DNA of 64,000 bases. It comes from the human T2T-CHM13v2.0 reference genome, Homo sapiens. The notes beneath the pieces were generated by a model. That model ran no database searches and was not told the origin of the DNA. It saw nothing but the letters and a program-made list of their open reading frames with translations. Position 1 is the stretch's first letter, and every line of letters starts with the position of its first letter. The stretch is taken from assembly GCF_009914755.1 (NCBI RefSeq), contig NC_060932.1. One strand, written 5' to 3'. Below are positions 1 to 14,579 of the stretch, piece after piece. The position numbers and the translations under genes are program-made.

Positions 1-134
1 CCAATAGTCTTACTGATAATTATTCAACTAACATTTATAAAGCAATTAGCATTATATGCCTAATATGAGGCAAAAATTTTGCATACACTACTGATTAAAT
101 GTTCCAGATATGGTTGGTAAAGATACTATAGTTT

Positions 135-451
<317 letters not shown>

Positions 452-1684
452 AGCCTTAGTTCATTGGTTGGTTTTCCTGAGTAATTTGTACGACTGTGCT
501 CATTCAACTTAATAGGCATGAGGCTGAAGCCAGGAAATGACCCAACATTGAGGGTAATCTGGGCACTGAAGGCACTACAATTCCCAGGATTTTTCAAGAA
601 AATGTCGAATGTGCTGCCACATATGTCGGATGCACATGGATCCCCTCCCACAAGGAAAATCACGATTGAAGATCACCTCCTTGAAGATGTCGTATTGGGA
701 GCGGTGTTTTTCCCTGTTGCTGACAGGTTAGACTTGCACAGGCGTCAGTACTGAGGTGTGAGACGGAGCCCATGTATGGCTTCTATCTCTGCACTGTGGC
801 TGCTCCGTTCATGTGTCAGTCACATCAGCTCAGAGACTGCCTAATGTCAACTGGCCTAGTCATTTTGTCTACTCTGTTGTTCAGTGCCTCTTCTGTGATT
901 GATGCTTTCTAGTGTTCATGAATACAAGAGCCAAAAATCTTCACATATTTTGCCCACTCCTATAGGTTCACACACATTCCTCTCCACCAAACATTCTTGT
1001 CTGCAATTTTTCAGTCCTCCTTCCAGGTCCCTGACCAGCTTTTCAGACGATTCGCTTCCACCCATGAGTATATATATGTTCCCATTCCAAGCCACTGTGT
1101 CCTCCACATGAAATAGGGAACAGGTGCATGACTCTGAGCTTTGTCCATTGATATGATTTTCCTTACCAGTTCCTCAAGTCCCCCCCACATCCCAAGTGTC
1201 ATGAAACCACTGCCCATTTTTAACTTGCCTCCACACCCTGTGCTGACTGGTACATTAAACATGCTCAGGTTTTTTCTCCTCCTTTAGCTGGTCACGTGGG
1301 ACCCACATACTGTCTGGGGCATGATCTGAAGGAGGGGTGCTGGTGCTGCAGTGGTGGGTGACATGGGGATCTGCACCACCTGCTCATGCAGTTACCTTAG
1401 GACTTCTGGTCTTGTTTAGGCTTGACCCCAGATGCACAATCTGATCTCACGATGGACTTCTGCTGGACATACCTGACTTGATGACTCTGTGGGTCTGACG
1501 GAACCTGGCTCATAATGGACACTTCCAGATACATTGTTACTTGATATCCTATAGTCAAGAATTCTGTCTCTATGGGGCCCCAGTAACACATTAGGCACTC
1601 TGTTTTAATAGGTGTATAAGTCTCTGTTACAGATGGCATGATCTTTCTTCACAACCCCAGACATTGGTGCTATGATGCTCACCC

Positions 1685-1740
1685 ACACACATACATACAC
1701 ACACTCTCTCTCTCACACACATACACACACACCATACACA
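1685..1740. repeat. (CA)n/(CT)n compound microsatellite
   Basis: Directly visible dinucleotide runs. Confidence 0.9.
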
Positions 1741-2264
1741 TTATATTGCATATTTTCCTCTCACTAACACCTCCAGCACCGTGGAGTTTACCAATCACAT
1801 GACCCAAGCATCAGGGCAGCTCATATCACAGCCCTTCCTTCCTGCAGACCCTTTCCTGCTCTGGGCTCCACTCAAAGCAGGGAGCCTTTCATGCCATCCA
1901 GTATATGGGCTGCAGCACATGCCTAAATGTGCAATATGTTGCCACCATAAGCCAAAGAGTCCCACAAGAATTTTGATAGAACAGGCAAAATGTAGCAATT
2001 TGTCTTTTGGAAAAGATTTCCTTATATGTCCCTGGTCAAGCTGGACCCCTAAAAACTTTACTAGAAGTTGCCTCAATCATTACCAACTTTAACTCTCATA
2101 TTCTGTGTTGAATGTGTCTTACCAAGGCCTCCATTATACTAGCCACTTCTTGTTCATCCTGCCTGATAACATGATATTGTGCCAAGTGTCCAGACAGCCT
2201 AGATCTCATCTGATTATATTATGATAAAGAGTAGGAGTTAACATAGCCACAGGACTATGTAACA

Positions 2265-2677
<413 letters not shown>

Positions 2678-4346
2678 CTAACAAAGATAACACATCAAGC
2701 ACAGTAGCCCATCATTGGGGTTATTAGTTGATTTTTCACTAGGCTAGAAATATTCTAAGATTCACTTGGATTTTGCAGTGATCAGACTCATGAATTAAAT
2801 GGTGCTATGATATGAACCACCACCTTCTGCAGTCTTAAAGTCCTTTTGAGTAGCCCCAATTTCTGTCATTCCTCACTCCTCCCCTGCCACCGAATACAAT
2901 GTTTTTTATTCACCATCTTATCAAGGGATGGAGAGAGGATAGCAGTGAAGAAGGTGGGAGTGTGGGGGTGCAGTTTCAGAAGCTTCCATTTTGCCTTCCC
3001 CACTATAATAATTCTTGTTTGAATTAGAAAATGAGAAAGGTGGAGCTTACTCCAACAGCCAAGGAGTCAATCCCAATTACGCATTCAAGGCCTAGGGAAA
3101 TGACTTCTGGAGGAATCCACAGACCTACCGGACCTACTGAGACCTAGACTTTGGCCAGGATTCTATTTATTACCTAGCTGCTGTATGTCTTCACTCTAAC
3201 ATGATGATTTGGCACTCTGTGAATCGACAATAATTCAGACCCGAGGCTGTCAGAATATCTGGATTTTCCTCTTTCCTCATTGCATATTTTCTCAAGTAAA
3301 CGATAACAGATCTCCTTTGAGGAAAATGGGGGACATTAACAGTTTATGGTATCTCAGGGTTCTTCCTTCTGTGGGCTTGTCACCTATTGAGACAAAGGAT
3401 TCTGGGTCTGAAAATTGGCTCAGATCTGGAATCTGAGCAAAAGATCATGACTTTCTACTGGGGCGCTCATCCTTAGTCTGCTGCCCATCCATTCCTGCCT
3501 TCTTTTGATTGTATGTATGAAGCAGCACCCTTGTTGGCTAATCATCTATTTTGCCTCTATGGATTCAGTGTTATTTTAATCATCTCCATAACCCCTTTCG
3601 GGTCAAACACCCTTAGCTGTGCCTTCAGCCTTGCCCTATTTTATGGTGAAGTGCAATCAATCCCCTGGTTTCTGGCAGTAATGTGCTGCCATCTGGCCCA
3701 GATTGAATCAAATTCTCTTCATTCCCATTGCTACCAATGAGCTGAACTCTAACAACCCAACAAGAGCAACCACTGAAACTCTTAATGATGCTGTGGCCCT
3801 CTCACCAGTGCATTCCTGATGGCCCAGTAAATACGGAACATAATTATCTGTTGCTCTTCTGATGTATATACACATATACATGCACACACACACTTTTTCT
3901 TTCTATAGAAAAGTATTGTGACTATATTTATTCATAACAGAAGTACAGATCTCATAACTTTCCTACAAAGCAGGAGAGGAAAGCCCCAGCAGGCAAGATT
4001 TTCCAGTCTTTTGTCATATTAAACTTGAGTTATTTCAACGAAGCAATTTGAAGTGTATTGGAGCTGGACAAGACATAGTGGGCACTCTGTAGATATTGGC
4101 ATGCAAGGAGAACTCAGGCCTTACTCATTTGCAACTAATTCAATAAACACTTGAGTGCCTACTAAAGGAAAGATCCCTAGGATAGGTCTTTCCCACCACT
4201 GAGTATATAATGGGGATTGAAATAGAAATCCGAAATGTTTCCAACTCTGTGAAAGAGAATCTGAAACTACACTGAATTCCTTCATGTTTCCCTGTGGGTA
4301 TCTAGCAATATAATACACAGCTGGAGAATAAGTTGATATTTTAGAT

Positions 4347-4561
4347 CAGGGGTTGGCAAACTATGACCCATATACTAAATCCAGCTGCCACGTGTAGATA
4401 AAGTTTTATTAGAACACAACCACACTTATTCCTTTACATATTGTCTATGGTTGCTTTTGTGCTGCAATAGTGAGGTTGAGTAGTTATAACAAACATATGA
4501 CTGGCAAAGCCTGAAATATTTACTACTGGCTCTTCACAGAAAAAATATTTGTCAACCCCTG
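4347..4561 (+). mobile_element. MER58A-like hAT-Charlie non-autonomous DNA transposon
   Basis: Terminal inverted repeats (TIRs) CAGGGGTTGGCAAA / TTTGTCAACCCCTG; 8-bp TSD TTTTAGAT/TTTTAGAG. Confidence 0.9.
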
Positions 4562-5490
4562 TTTTAGAGTCTCAAGTATAAATTTTTAAAACTGGGGATC
4601 ATAACTTAACAACTACTATAGGCTTTCTTTTCTTGGGATAGAAGAATGGTGGATACCATTTTTCATTTAAGATTTTTCATCAAAAGACATTTTTATATTT
4701 ATGCCATGGATAATGCCAACAGAAAAATTAATATAAGGAGCCAAACTCCGGCATTTATAAAAGTAACATGAGATGGTTATCAGTCAAATATATGGAATAT
4801 TTTTAAAATCACTCTAAGTGCTGTAAGACAGAAAGATACGAGAATCAAAAATTAATTGTGTAAGGAAATTGAGGAAAGAAACCTAGTTTAAAAAGCTGTC
4901 CTGCTATCTGCTTCTTCCTGAGTCTAAACTGGAATGGTTAATGAGCCTGTTAAATTATAAAGTTTCTTCAGAAATAGCCCTCAGTAGCTATAAAATTCTT
5001 CTACTTTTTTTTTTATCACCTTAGCAATATTAAGCCTTCAAGTTTTCCATGCGGTTCTAATGCACTTGGATTAAAACCATTCTGTAAGGAAAAAAATTTA
5101 CAGTGGCTTTTTAAAGTAAAATTTATTGAAAATGGAGAAAGTTCACTAGAAAAATTTAAGTGCTGTGGCAAACAAAAATTAGCGACCTAAATATCTGCAT
5201 GAGTCTCTTCTTATATTGGGTGGGCTTTGTAGGAAGGGCATTAACGAAACTGGGTCATCTCTTAGTATTTTCTGGCTAAGAACATCGGGAAACTTGGCCA
5301 TTCATGAGGCTCAGGGTGTTTCTGCCTTGGTGCTGCTACTCAAATGCACACCTGGAGGTGGGCAGTGGACAGGAAGCTGAGCTGAATGGCTGGGATGAGG
5401 CACGTGGTCTTCCAAGCAAGCAGTAACATGGCACTGCTCCATGCCAACATTCTTCACACAGTTCAACTTTTTTTTAATAGTGTTGGGAAT

Positions 5491-5912
5491 TGTGTTTGAC
5501 CATTTTTGTGTTGCTATAAAGGAATACCTGAGACTGGTAACTTATAAAGAAAAGTGGTTTAATTGGTTCATGGTTCTGCAGACTGTACTGGAAGTATGGT
5601 GCCAGCATCTGCTTCTGATGAGGGCCTCAGGAAGCTTACAATCATGGCAGAAGGCAAATGGGGAGCTGGTGTATCACATGGCAAGAGCTAGAGCAAGGGA
5701 CAGAGATCGGGAGGTGCCATGCTCTTTTAAACAACCAGATCTTGTGTGAGCTCAGAGCAAGAACTCACTCATTATTACGAGGGCAGCACCAAGCCATTCA
5801 TGGAGGATCTGCCCCCACGACCTAAACACCTCCCACCAGGCCCCACCTCCAACACTGGGGATTATTACATCTCAGTATGAGATTTGGAGGGTGTAAGCAC
5901 CCAAACTATGTC
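5491..5912 (-). mobile_element. MST (MSTB-like) MaLR solo LTR
   Basis: TTGCTATAAAGGAATACCTGAGACTGG..GCCTCAGGAAGCTTACAATCATGGCAGAAGG..CCCACCTCCAACACTGGGG, typical of reverse-strand MST LTRs. Confidence 0.88.
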
Positions 5913-5918
5913 TGAAAC

Positions 5919-6377
5919 TGTAGTGGGTTGAACTGTGTCCACCACAAAAGATACGTTCAAGCCTTAATCCCCAGTACACTTGTAAATGTGACCTTCTTTA
6001 GAAATGGGATCTTTGCAGATACTAATTAAGGATCTCAGGTTGAGACTGTATTGGATTTAGGCAAACTCTAAATTCAATAACATATGTTCTTATAAGAGAA
6101 AGGAGAGGGAGATTTAAGACATATGGAGACAAAAGAAAAGGTCACATGAAGATAGCAATTGACGAGCTGCCATAAGCCTAGGGACACCATGGATTGTCAG
6201 CAGCCACCAGAAGCCAGAAGAGAGGCATGAAAAAGATTCTCCCCCAGAGCCTTCTAGAAGCTACCAACACCTTAGTTTCTATCTCTGGCCTCCAAATCTG
6301 TAGGAGAACACATTTCTGTTGTTTTAAGCCTCTAAGTTTGTGGCAATTTGTTGTGGCAACCCCAGGAAAGTAATACA
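5919..6377 (+). mobile_element. MLT1 (MLT1C-like) MaLR solo LTR
   Basis: Starts TGTAGTGGGTTGAA, contains TTTCTGTTGTTTTAAGCC, ends GGAAAGTAATACA. Confidence 0.88.
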
Positions 6378-6422
6378 GAGAAAAATCTCATTTTAAAGAA
6401 TCTTAGGGACCTTTATGTTTTA

Positions 6423-6742
6423 TTTTAATTTTTATTACTTTTTAATTTTTTTATTGTTTTTGAGATGGAGTCTCACTCTGTCACCCAGGCAGGAGTGCAG
6501 TGTGCAATATCAGCTCACTGCAACCTCTACCTCCTGGGTTCAAGAGATTCTCATATCTCAACCTCCCAAGTAGCTGGGATTACGGGCGTGCACCACCACA
6601 CCCAGCTAATTTTTGTATTTTTGATAGAGATGGGATTATGCCATGTTGGCCAGGCTGGTCTCAAACTTCTGACCTCAAGTTATCTGCCCACCTCAGCCTC
6701 CCAATGTGCTGAGATTACAGATGTGAGCCACCAAGCCTGGCT
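6423..6742 (-). mobile_element. Alu SINE (old AluS/J)
   Basis: Reverse Alu with 14-bp TSD ACCTTTATGTTTTA (6409-6422 and 6743-6756). Confidence 0.97.
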
Positions 6743-7022
6743 ACCTTTATGTTTTAAATAAAAAGTTTATTTTATTATGTAAAATGCCATTTAAACTTAT
6801 TTGCAATTGTCTTTATTACACAGAATTGTTTTTTGTCAGTTAAAAATGATAATACTTTTCATCATATTCACCAAGGATAAAGGTAATTTTTATAAGTAAT
6901 AGTAAGTTATTATGATAATGGAATAAAAGGCTGAATAATAATTATAATAATTATATGATAAAATTATATAAATTAAATTTTTTCTGAAGTTCATGTAAGA
7001 AAAACATTTTCCTTACTTCTTT

Positions 7023-7027
<5 letters not shown>

Positions 7028-7052
<25 letters not shown>
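7028..7052. repeat. poly(T) tract
   Basis: Run of about 25 T. Confidence 0.9.
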
Positions 7053-7053
<1 letters not shown>

Positions 7054-7539
7054 CTAATCTCTCCCTCCTTCATCACCCACTCCCGTCAATTTTCTTTTGG
7101 AATCTTTGTAATCATACAACATCTTTTGCGTGAATACTGAAGAACTTAAGATTTAGGCAATAAAATAAATTAGTTGATGCTGGTAAACAGCATGCTATGC
7201 GATGCCTTACTCTGTTTTAGAATTTCAGCAGACTGCTCACTGAAGGCTGCTCTTAGGGTTGAGTGCTGGCTTGCTGGTGCTGTCTGCTTCTGAGCAATCA
7301 TGTGATTCAGACAAATCAAAATAATACACGGAATTCCTGGAGGGATGAATAAAGACAGCAAGGTCAGACCCAGGCAGCCTGAAGGCCTATGATTCAGACC
7401 CTGCTGGGTTCCCAGGCTCTCCCACCCTTTGCTTCTTACAGCTGGAGCTGTTGGGACCCCACCTGCTGCCTGAGCACTTGCCCCCAGGCTCTCGGCCAAT
7501 TACGCTTTAATCAGATTATTGCAGAGTAGCAGTAACCTC

Positions 7540-7680
7540 ATGGTTCTCAAGCCTGACTTGCATTTGTAAAAATGCCAACTCCTATGAGCCGGCATAGGTC
7601 AGAATTGCCAAGGACAAAGCCTGGGAATATATATTTCTAAAATTATTCCCAGGCAATTCTGACTGAAGTCTAAGGCTCAG
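7540..7680. mobile_element. MER5-family hAT remnant
   Basis: TGGTTCTCAAGCCTG..GCCTGGGAATATATATTT..CCCAGGCAATTCTGA resembles MER5B. Confidence 0.5.
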
Positions 7681-7704
7681 CAACTAAGGACAAATGTTCT
7701 AGAC

Positions 7705-7883
7705 CAGTAGTTCTCAAAGTGTGGGCTTTGGACTAGGCGGCATCACCATCACCAAAGAACTTTTTAGAAATGCACATTCTTGGCCCCAGCCCCAGGCCTG
7801 CTGAATCAGAAACTGAAAAAAGAGCATAGTTTTTATAAGTCCTCCAAGTGATTCTGATGCATGCTCAAATATGAGAACCATTG
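7705..7883. mobile_element. MER5A hAT-Charlie DNA transposon
   Basis: TIRs CAGTAGTTCTCAAA / ATGAGAACCATTG; internal CTGAATCAGAAACT and GTGATTCTGATGCATGC. Confidence 0.85.
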
Positions 7884-7885
7884 AC

Positions 7886-8475
7886 CACACTTAGACTCAC
7901 TTCCAAAGAACAGAGTGTGAAAAGGGAAAAATAGTAACTTCAGCAAACTGGTAAATATCACATTAACCACAGGATCAAGTTTAATATCCCCAGTGTAAAG
8001 TCATGCTGTCATGTACCCTCTGCTAGGATGCAATGAGAAGGCATTTCACTTCTGTGGTCTTCCTAAACACTCATAACCCAAATTTAATCTTCATGTAATC
8101 TCAGATATATGAAGACAAAATTGAGGGATATTCTACAAAATACTCTTCAAACTGTCAAGGTCATGAATCACAAGGAAAACCTGGGAAATTGTCACAGATC
8201 TGTGGAAACTAAGGAAACATGATGACCAAATGCAATGTGGGATCCCAAATTGGATCCTGGAACAGAAAGAAACATTAGTAGAACAAATGGAGAAATCCAA
8301 ATAAAGTCTATAGTTTAGTTGCTAGTATTGTAGCAATGTTCATTTATTGGTTTTGAAAAATATACACGTTAGATGTTAACATTAGGGGAAGCAGGATGAA
8401 GGGTATGTGGGAGCTCTGTACTGTATTTGCAACTTCTCTGTAAACCAAAAATTATTTCAACATTTAAAAACAAAT
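7886..8475 (+). mobile_element. Old L1 (L1MC/L1MD-type) 3' UTR fragment
   Basis: GGATCCTGGAACAGAAA..AATAAAGTCTATAGTTTAGTT..GGGAGCTCTGTACTGTATTTGCAACTT, characteristic of L1MC/MD 3' ends. Confidence 0.75.
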
Positions 8476-8478
8476 CAA

Positions 8479-8774
8479 GGCCAGGCACGGTGGCTCACAC
8501 CTGTAATCCCAGCACTTTGGGAGGCCGAGGCGGGTGGATCACGAGGTCAGGAGTTCAAGACCAGTCTGGCCAAGATAGTGAAACCTCATCTCTACTAAAA
8601 ATACAAAAAATTAGCCAGGTTTGGTGGTGGGTGCCTGTAATCCCAGCTACTTGGGAGGCTGAGGTAGAGAACTGCTTGAACCCGGGAGGTGGAGGTTGCA
8701 GTGAGCCGAGATCACGCCACTGCACTGCAGCCTGGTTGACAGAGTGAGACTCTGTCTCAAAAAAAAAAAAAAAA
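8479..8774 (+). mobile_element. Alu SINE (AluSg-like)
   Basis: Full dimer with GGATCACGAGGTCAGGAGTTC, an A tail and short TSD AAATCAA. Confidence 0.97.
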
Positions 8775-8801
8775 ATCAACAAATATAAAAAGACACACAC
8801 A

Positions 8802-8964
8802 CAAAGCGTGTATCACAGATATGCAGTATCTGCATCACCTGGAAGCTTGTTAGCATTGCAGATGATCAGAACCAACTCCAGATTTACTGAATCAAAAACA
8901 TGCATTTTTCAAAAGATTTCTTTGGTGAATTGTTTAAACATACAATAAAATTTGAGAAGCCCTG
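8802..8964. mobile_element. MER5-family hAT remnant
   Basis: GCATCACCTGGAAGCTTGTTAG..TACTGAATCA..TTTGAGAAGCCCTG. Confidence 0.7.
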
Positions 8965-9499
8965 TTGTTTACCATCAGCCTGGGAATTAACATTAGCTCA
9001 ATCTTGTCTGGACCTGAAATACATATCAGTTTCGATTATTGAGCATCTGTGTACTTTTGAGACCCCCACGCTCAATTTGCAAACTAATTCTGACTGCTAA
9101 GTTTCTGAGCAATTCCCCTGGCCTCAGTCCTTGCATGGTAACACCCCTGATGAGGCTCAGACCATATCTTGTGTTTGCAAGGTTTTTTCTTTTTTAACTG
9201 AATGGAGTTTTGCCTTTGATCCCTTACTCTGTGCCTGTGGACCTGCTACCTGCCAAAGGCTTCCCTCTTGCTGACAGTCAACCTGCCTGGTATTTTAAGT
9301 ACTGCCTTCTAGAAGTCTCCATGTGTCTCCCATGCTGACGATACTTGGATTTCTATCTATTGTTACTATAACCTCAGATGTTGTGCTTTACTTGTCAGAT
9401 CCGACCATGACTTGGAAGTATCCAGAAATAGGACAGCGTGTAGAAATACTTCCCAATCAACAGCTCAACAAATAGGACTGGACTTCCAGGAGTCCCAGG

Positions 9500-9503
<4 letters not shown>

Positions 9504-9534
<31 letters not shown>
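9504..9534. repeat. poly(A) tract
   Basis: Run of about 31 A with no attached element. Confidence 0.9.
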
Positions 9535-9536
<2 letters not shown>

Positions 9537-9830
9537 CAAAGAAAATCTTTCAACAGGATCTGAGCCTAGAGGTAATGTCTAGGAGCCACTAGAGGCCTGG
9601 GAATAAAACTAGAAAGGTAAACAACTTCCTCTAGGGCCAGACTTTCTTTACTTTTGTGTCAGTGAAGTCTCAAAAACAAGAACCTACTGACTCTGTAAAG
9701 ACAATTTGCTGATGGAGTATTGTTATAAAATCCCAGCCAGAATGGAGAAAAGGGAAACTTCCCGGGAGCTACTGGCCTTGACCTCCTTCTCTTGAGGAAA
9801 GGGAACGAAGTGAAATGCTGAAAGTTAAAC

Positions 9831-9877
9831 ATCAGGAGAACTTACTCTTAAAAATCAGGAGAACTTACTCCTTAAAA
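9831..9877. repeat. Tandem duplication, 23/24-bp unit x2
   Basis: ATCAGGAGAACTTACTCTTAAAA followed by ATCAGGAGAACTTACTCCTTAAAA. Confidence 0.9.
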
Positions 9878-11199
9878 ATGTTCCTGACCCAGTCTGTCAT
9901 AAGGGAGCCTGGGGGGGTTCTTGCTTTATATAGGGTAACACTGGGCACTCACCTTGGGGCATCTTGGCAACTATCATCTTTGGGAAATATGGTCTGAATG
10001 GGACCATGGCACAGGGATTTTTAAGGGAACAGGAAGACCAGCAGTCAAATGACTTGGAGGTAATTGAGGCAACCCTACAAGGACCCGAAAGCTAGAACCA
10101 ACCTGGTGAGAGGACACAGGGAAAAGCTTATGGGATTCCACATCTCTCTGAGTCATAAATGAGCTCTGGATGGGGCTGGATATTCCCACAAGTCTACAGG
10201 TGAGGGATAGGTCATGGATAACCAATATGCAACTCTCTGGGAGTGCAGAGTGTACTCAAGTTGCCAGTGATCTGCAGACAAGCCATTGGGTCACTAATCC
10301 ATATTTACGCATGCACCCATTTCTAACTTTTATGTGTCTGATTTCTAATCTCCTCTTTTGAAAAGGTCTAATCTTGTTGCTGATGAACTGAGAAAAGATT
10401 TTCCCACATTTTGAGCAGAATAGAGATGAGATTAATATCTTTCACAACATCAGTGATTAAAACAGTTGCAAAATTTGGTGAGTCAGGATAGCTGGCAGGG
10501 GTGGGAGGTGTGGAGGACAAAGACTACCTGACAACATTGGCCCCTTGCTGCTGTGGAAAAGGCAACCTGTGCTCTAAGGGTTGACTTCAGTGAAAACTGT
10601 GGGAAGAAAATCCACTGTTCTATCAAAAGCTTTATAAAATATTCTGATATAATCTCCAATTTAGGACCTTTAAGCTTAACATTTTCACACTTCGGAGTCT
10701 AAAAATTACAATGAAATATCCAGTAGTAAAAGACATTGTCATTGAAGGCAGAGCACTTCCATCTCTGGCTTTGTGATCATACATGTACTTACGAAACTAA
10801 TTAGCTTCAGGCTAGGCGGTATGTGAGTAATTTATCCCTCCCATATTAACATCAACTGTGAAATCTAAACTGAATGATGACATTCCAGAAACAATTGCAT
10901 ATGATGATTCTTCAGCAGGTTTGGGCAATGTAGAGTAGCTTTCATGAGAGACTACATCATCTCATGCTATTTTAATGATTATGGCTCTACTGGAAAGGAA
11001 CACAAGGTGGAAAACTAGTTTAGCGCCTGGGCTCTGGTTCAAGTCAAAGTGAAGATGATGAGCAAGCACTATTTTAAAATTAATTTAGGAGATTATTGGT
11101 AATTGATGAGAAGTTATGTTTCAGAGATGCCTAAAACAAACACTGACAATTCTGAAAACAAGTGAGATGTTCTCATTAACCTATAAGTATATAAAAGTA

Positions 11200-11380
11200 T
11201 GTATACCCTGATCACAAATATGAAAAAGCAAAATGGCTGGAATGAAGTGCACTCAATGGTTAATGGTGATTGTCTTAGATGGTGAGGTTAGGAGTAAGTT
11301 GTTTTTCTTTCTATTTTTCAATAATTTCAATTTATCTAAAATTGTTCTATAGTTAGAAGAATAAATTCTGTCTTAAAAAA
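11200..11380 (+). mobile_element. Very old L1 (L1ME/MC-type) 3' end remnant
   Basis: GTTAATGGTGATTGTCTTAGATGGTGAG followed by a T-rich stretch and an A-rich end. Confidence 0.45.
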
Positions 11381-11764
11381 TATGTTCAACAGGGACTTGT
11401 GATGCTGATAGGATTAAGAGTTCATATCAGAAATTATTGTAAAGTGCCCTCCCAGTGGTACCAGGCAGAAAATAGGCCATCCAAAAGGAGTTTTATAGGA
11501 AAGAGAGAGAGACAGAGAGATGAGTGTATTTTGAACAACCTACAGGTTAGTACATTTACAGTGTCTAACAGGAAGTTGACTAAACAGATATAGAGCACAG
11601 GAAATAAAGATCTGGATCAGAAAAATACGTGGTGGTCTGGAGTAGGTAAGTTCACTCTAGGTTACAGTGTAAAGTAAGAGGAGCAGGTACAGAACTATGG
11701 GGAAAACTATCATATAAGGAGGCATCAGAATAACAAATAATGGAGGCAACTGAAAAGGGAGGAG

Positions 11765-12150
11765 TTTATTAGATTCCTAGGGCTGTTGTAACGAATTAAC
11801 GTTAACTGGGTGGCTTATGGCAACAGAAATGTGTTCTTTAGAAGCTCTGGAGGGTACTCTAGACGTTCTGGAGGGTAGAAGTCTGAAAACGAGATGTTGG
11901 CAGGGACATGCTCCCTCTGAAGTTTCTAGGGGAAAATTCGGCCTTGCCTTTTCCAGCTTCTGGTGGTTCCAGGTTCCCCTGCTTGTGGCTGGATCACACC
12001 AATCTCTGCCTCCATCTTAACATTGCTTTCTCCTCTTTTATTTCTTACAAGGAAACTTGTCATTAGATTTAGGGCTTAAATCACACCCCTAGGTTTCTCC
12101 CATTAGAGTGTGGACATATTTTTTTGAGGGTGACCATTCAATCTATTACT
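11765..12150 (-). mobile_element. MLT1 (MLT1C-like) MaLR LTR with internal deletion
   Basis: TTCCTAGGGCTGTTGTAAC..TGGGTGGCTTA..CAACAGAAATG..GTTGGCAGGG..CCAGCTTCTGGTGG. Confidence 0.85.
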
Positions 12151-12319
12151 GAGGGAGAGTGATCAATTGTGAGAACTATGGGGAACAAGGTCTCTTAATA
12201 TCTTTGTATGAGTCAGGCAATGAGAAGTTCTGCAGTTAAAAAGAAAAAAAAAAAGACCTGCTTAATTTTGGGTAACATACCTTTCTCCAAATGCACTTGG
12301 CACTCTTTTCTCCCAGAGT

Positions 12320-13020
<701 letters not shown>

Positions 13021-13964
13021 TTTCAATTAATGAGTGTTTTTAAATGAATTCATTAAAAATTAGTCCAGTGAAAGAGCTGGAATTAGTCTAGCATTTTGAA
13101 AAGATTTGTGGTCAAATACATTGAAAATGGATGAAGGATATAAATAATCCTGCAGTTTTGTTTTTTATTTCAATAAGGGCTTGCTTAATTTTATGTACTT
13201 TTCTCCAAATGCATTCAACAGTCACCTCTCACAATGTAAAAGGATGACCCCGATTATTTCTCTTTTCTGAGTTGTTAGAAAGTTGTTTCTAATTACTTCG
13301 AAAACTGGTTTTCTATTTTACAAGATTCCAAATAGTGTTTTAAAAGTTTTTTGGACTTAAAGGACTATATTATAGGGATGTTTTCAATCCAGAGACTCAT
13401 TCAGGGTCACTCATTCTCCCCACATATTCCTTATCTCTAGCTTCAAGTTCATGGGCCGAATCAATCCACTTGGGAATCTTCTCTAGAAAGTCATAGGTCC
13501 ACTCTCTACCTGAATGCAGCCCACTCTCATCCCTGGAGTTGTTCCTTTAGTCTGGATACACAATTAGTAAGATACCAAGATCTCACAATTTAGTGGAAGG
13601 TTGAAATGTCATGAGTATCCTAGGGCTTTTGCTTTGCACCTTCATCAATTAATGACTTCATCATACACTGTCCCCTGCAAAGTTACCATACATAGTGGGG
13701 GTATATATAGATAATTTATTGGAATGACAATGGTTCTTAGAAGTAGCCTAATGCTTTTGCTTATGTCTCTGTTATCAAGCCAGTCATAACGTGATCTGTT
13801 TCTTGCCAATCAATTTCAGAAAAGAGATGAAAACCTGAAAGTGTTGTTTATGACAAGTGATTTTTATTTTCTTTACAAAACTAATGCAGTAAATGCAGCA
13901 CCAGAGTTTAGTTTCTGCCTTTTCATTATAGGAATCTTAACTATTGTGTCATAAATTTCAAAAT

Positions 13965-14275
13965 GGCTGGGCGCAGTGGCTCCCGCCTGTAATCCCAGCA
14001 CTTTGGGAGGCGGAGGTGGGTGGATCACGAGGTCAGGAGATGTAGACCATCCTGGCTAACATGGTGAAACCCCGTGTCTACTAAAAATACAAAAAAAAAA
14101 AAAAAAGTAGCTGGGTGTGGTGGCGGGCGCCTATAGTTCCAGCTACTCGGAAGGCTGAGGCAGGAGAATGGCGTCAACCTGGGAGGTGGAGTGAGCTGGG
14201 ATTGTGTCACTGCACTCCAGCCTGGGTGACAGAGCGAGACTCCGTCTCAAAATAAAATGAAATAAAATAAAATAA
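13965..14275 (+). mobile_element. Alu SINE (AluY-like)
   Basis: CCATCCTGGCTAAC and GAGAATGGCGT diagnostics; expanded middle A-run; TSD AAATTTCAAAAT. Confidence 0.95.
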
Positions 14276-14579
14276 AAATTTCAAAATATAATTTAAGGTT
14301 TAATGTATATAGTAGCCCCACATACAGATTTTCCTGTGTCGTTTTTTTCATCCAAGAAAACTTCTGTGATAAAATGTCAACTGGTAACCCTTGCATATTT
14401 TGTTTCGACGTCTTCACTGTTACTGAATCAAATTAGCCCAACATGGAGAGCCTCCTGTCTTCACACGCCCACCTCAAGTCACAGAACACCCAGGTTTTGT
14501 TTGAAGCTAGACCCTTGGCATATAGCATTTTTCCTCAGGCTGTTATTACTTGCTCAAGCAGGTTCCTAAGAGTTCTTTG

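Noticed and set aside
9504-9534. Orphan poly(A) as an extremely truncated retro-insertion
   Set aside because: It sits at a TT/AAAA site, but no TSD or element body is visible; treated as a homopolymer.
10870-10960. Two ATGATGA C-box-like words suggesting a C/D snoRNA
   Set aside because: No appropriately placed CTGA D box or terminal stem.
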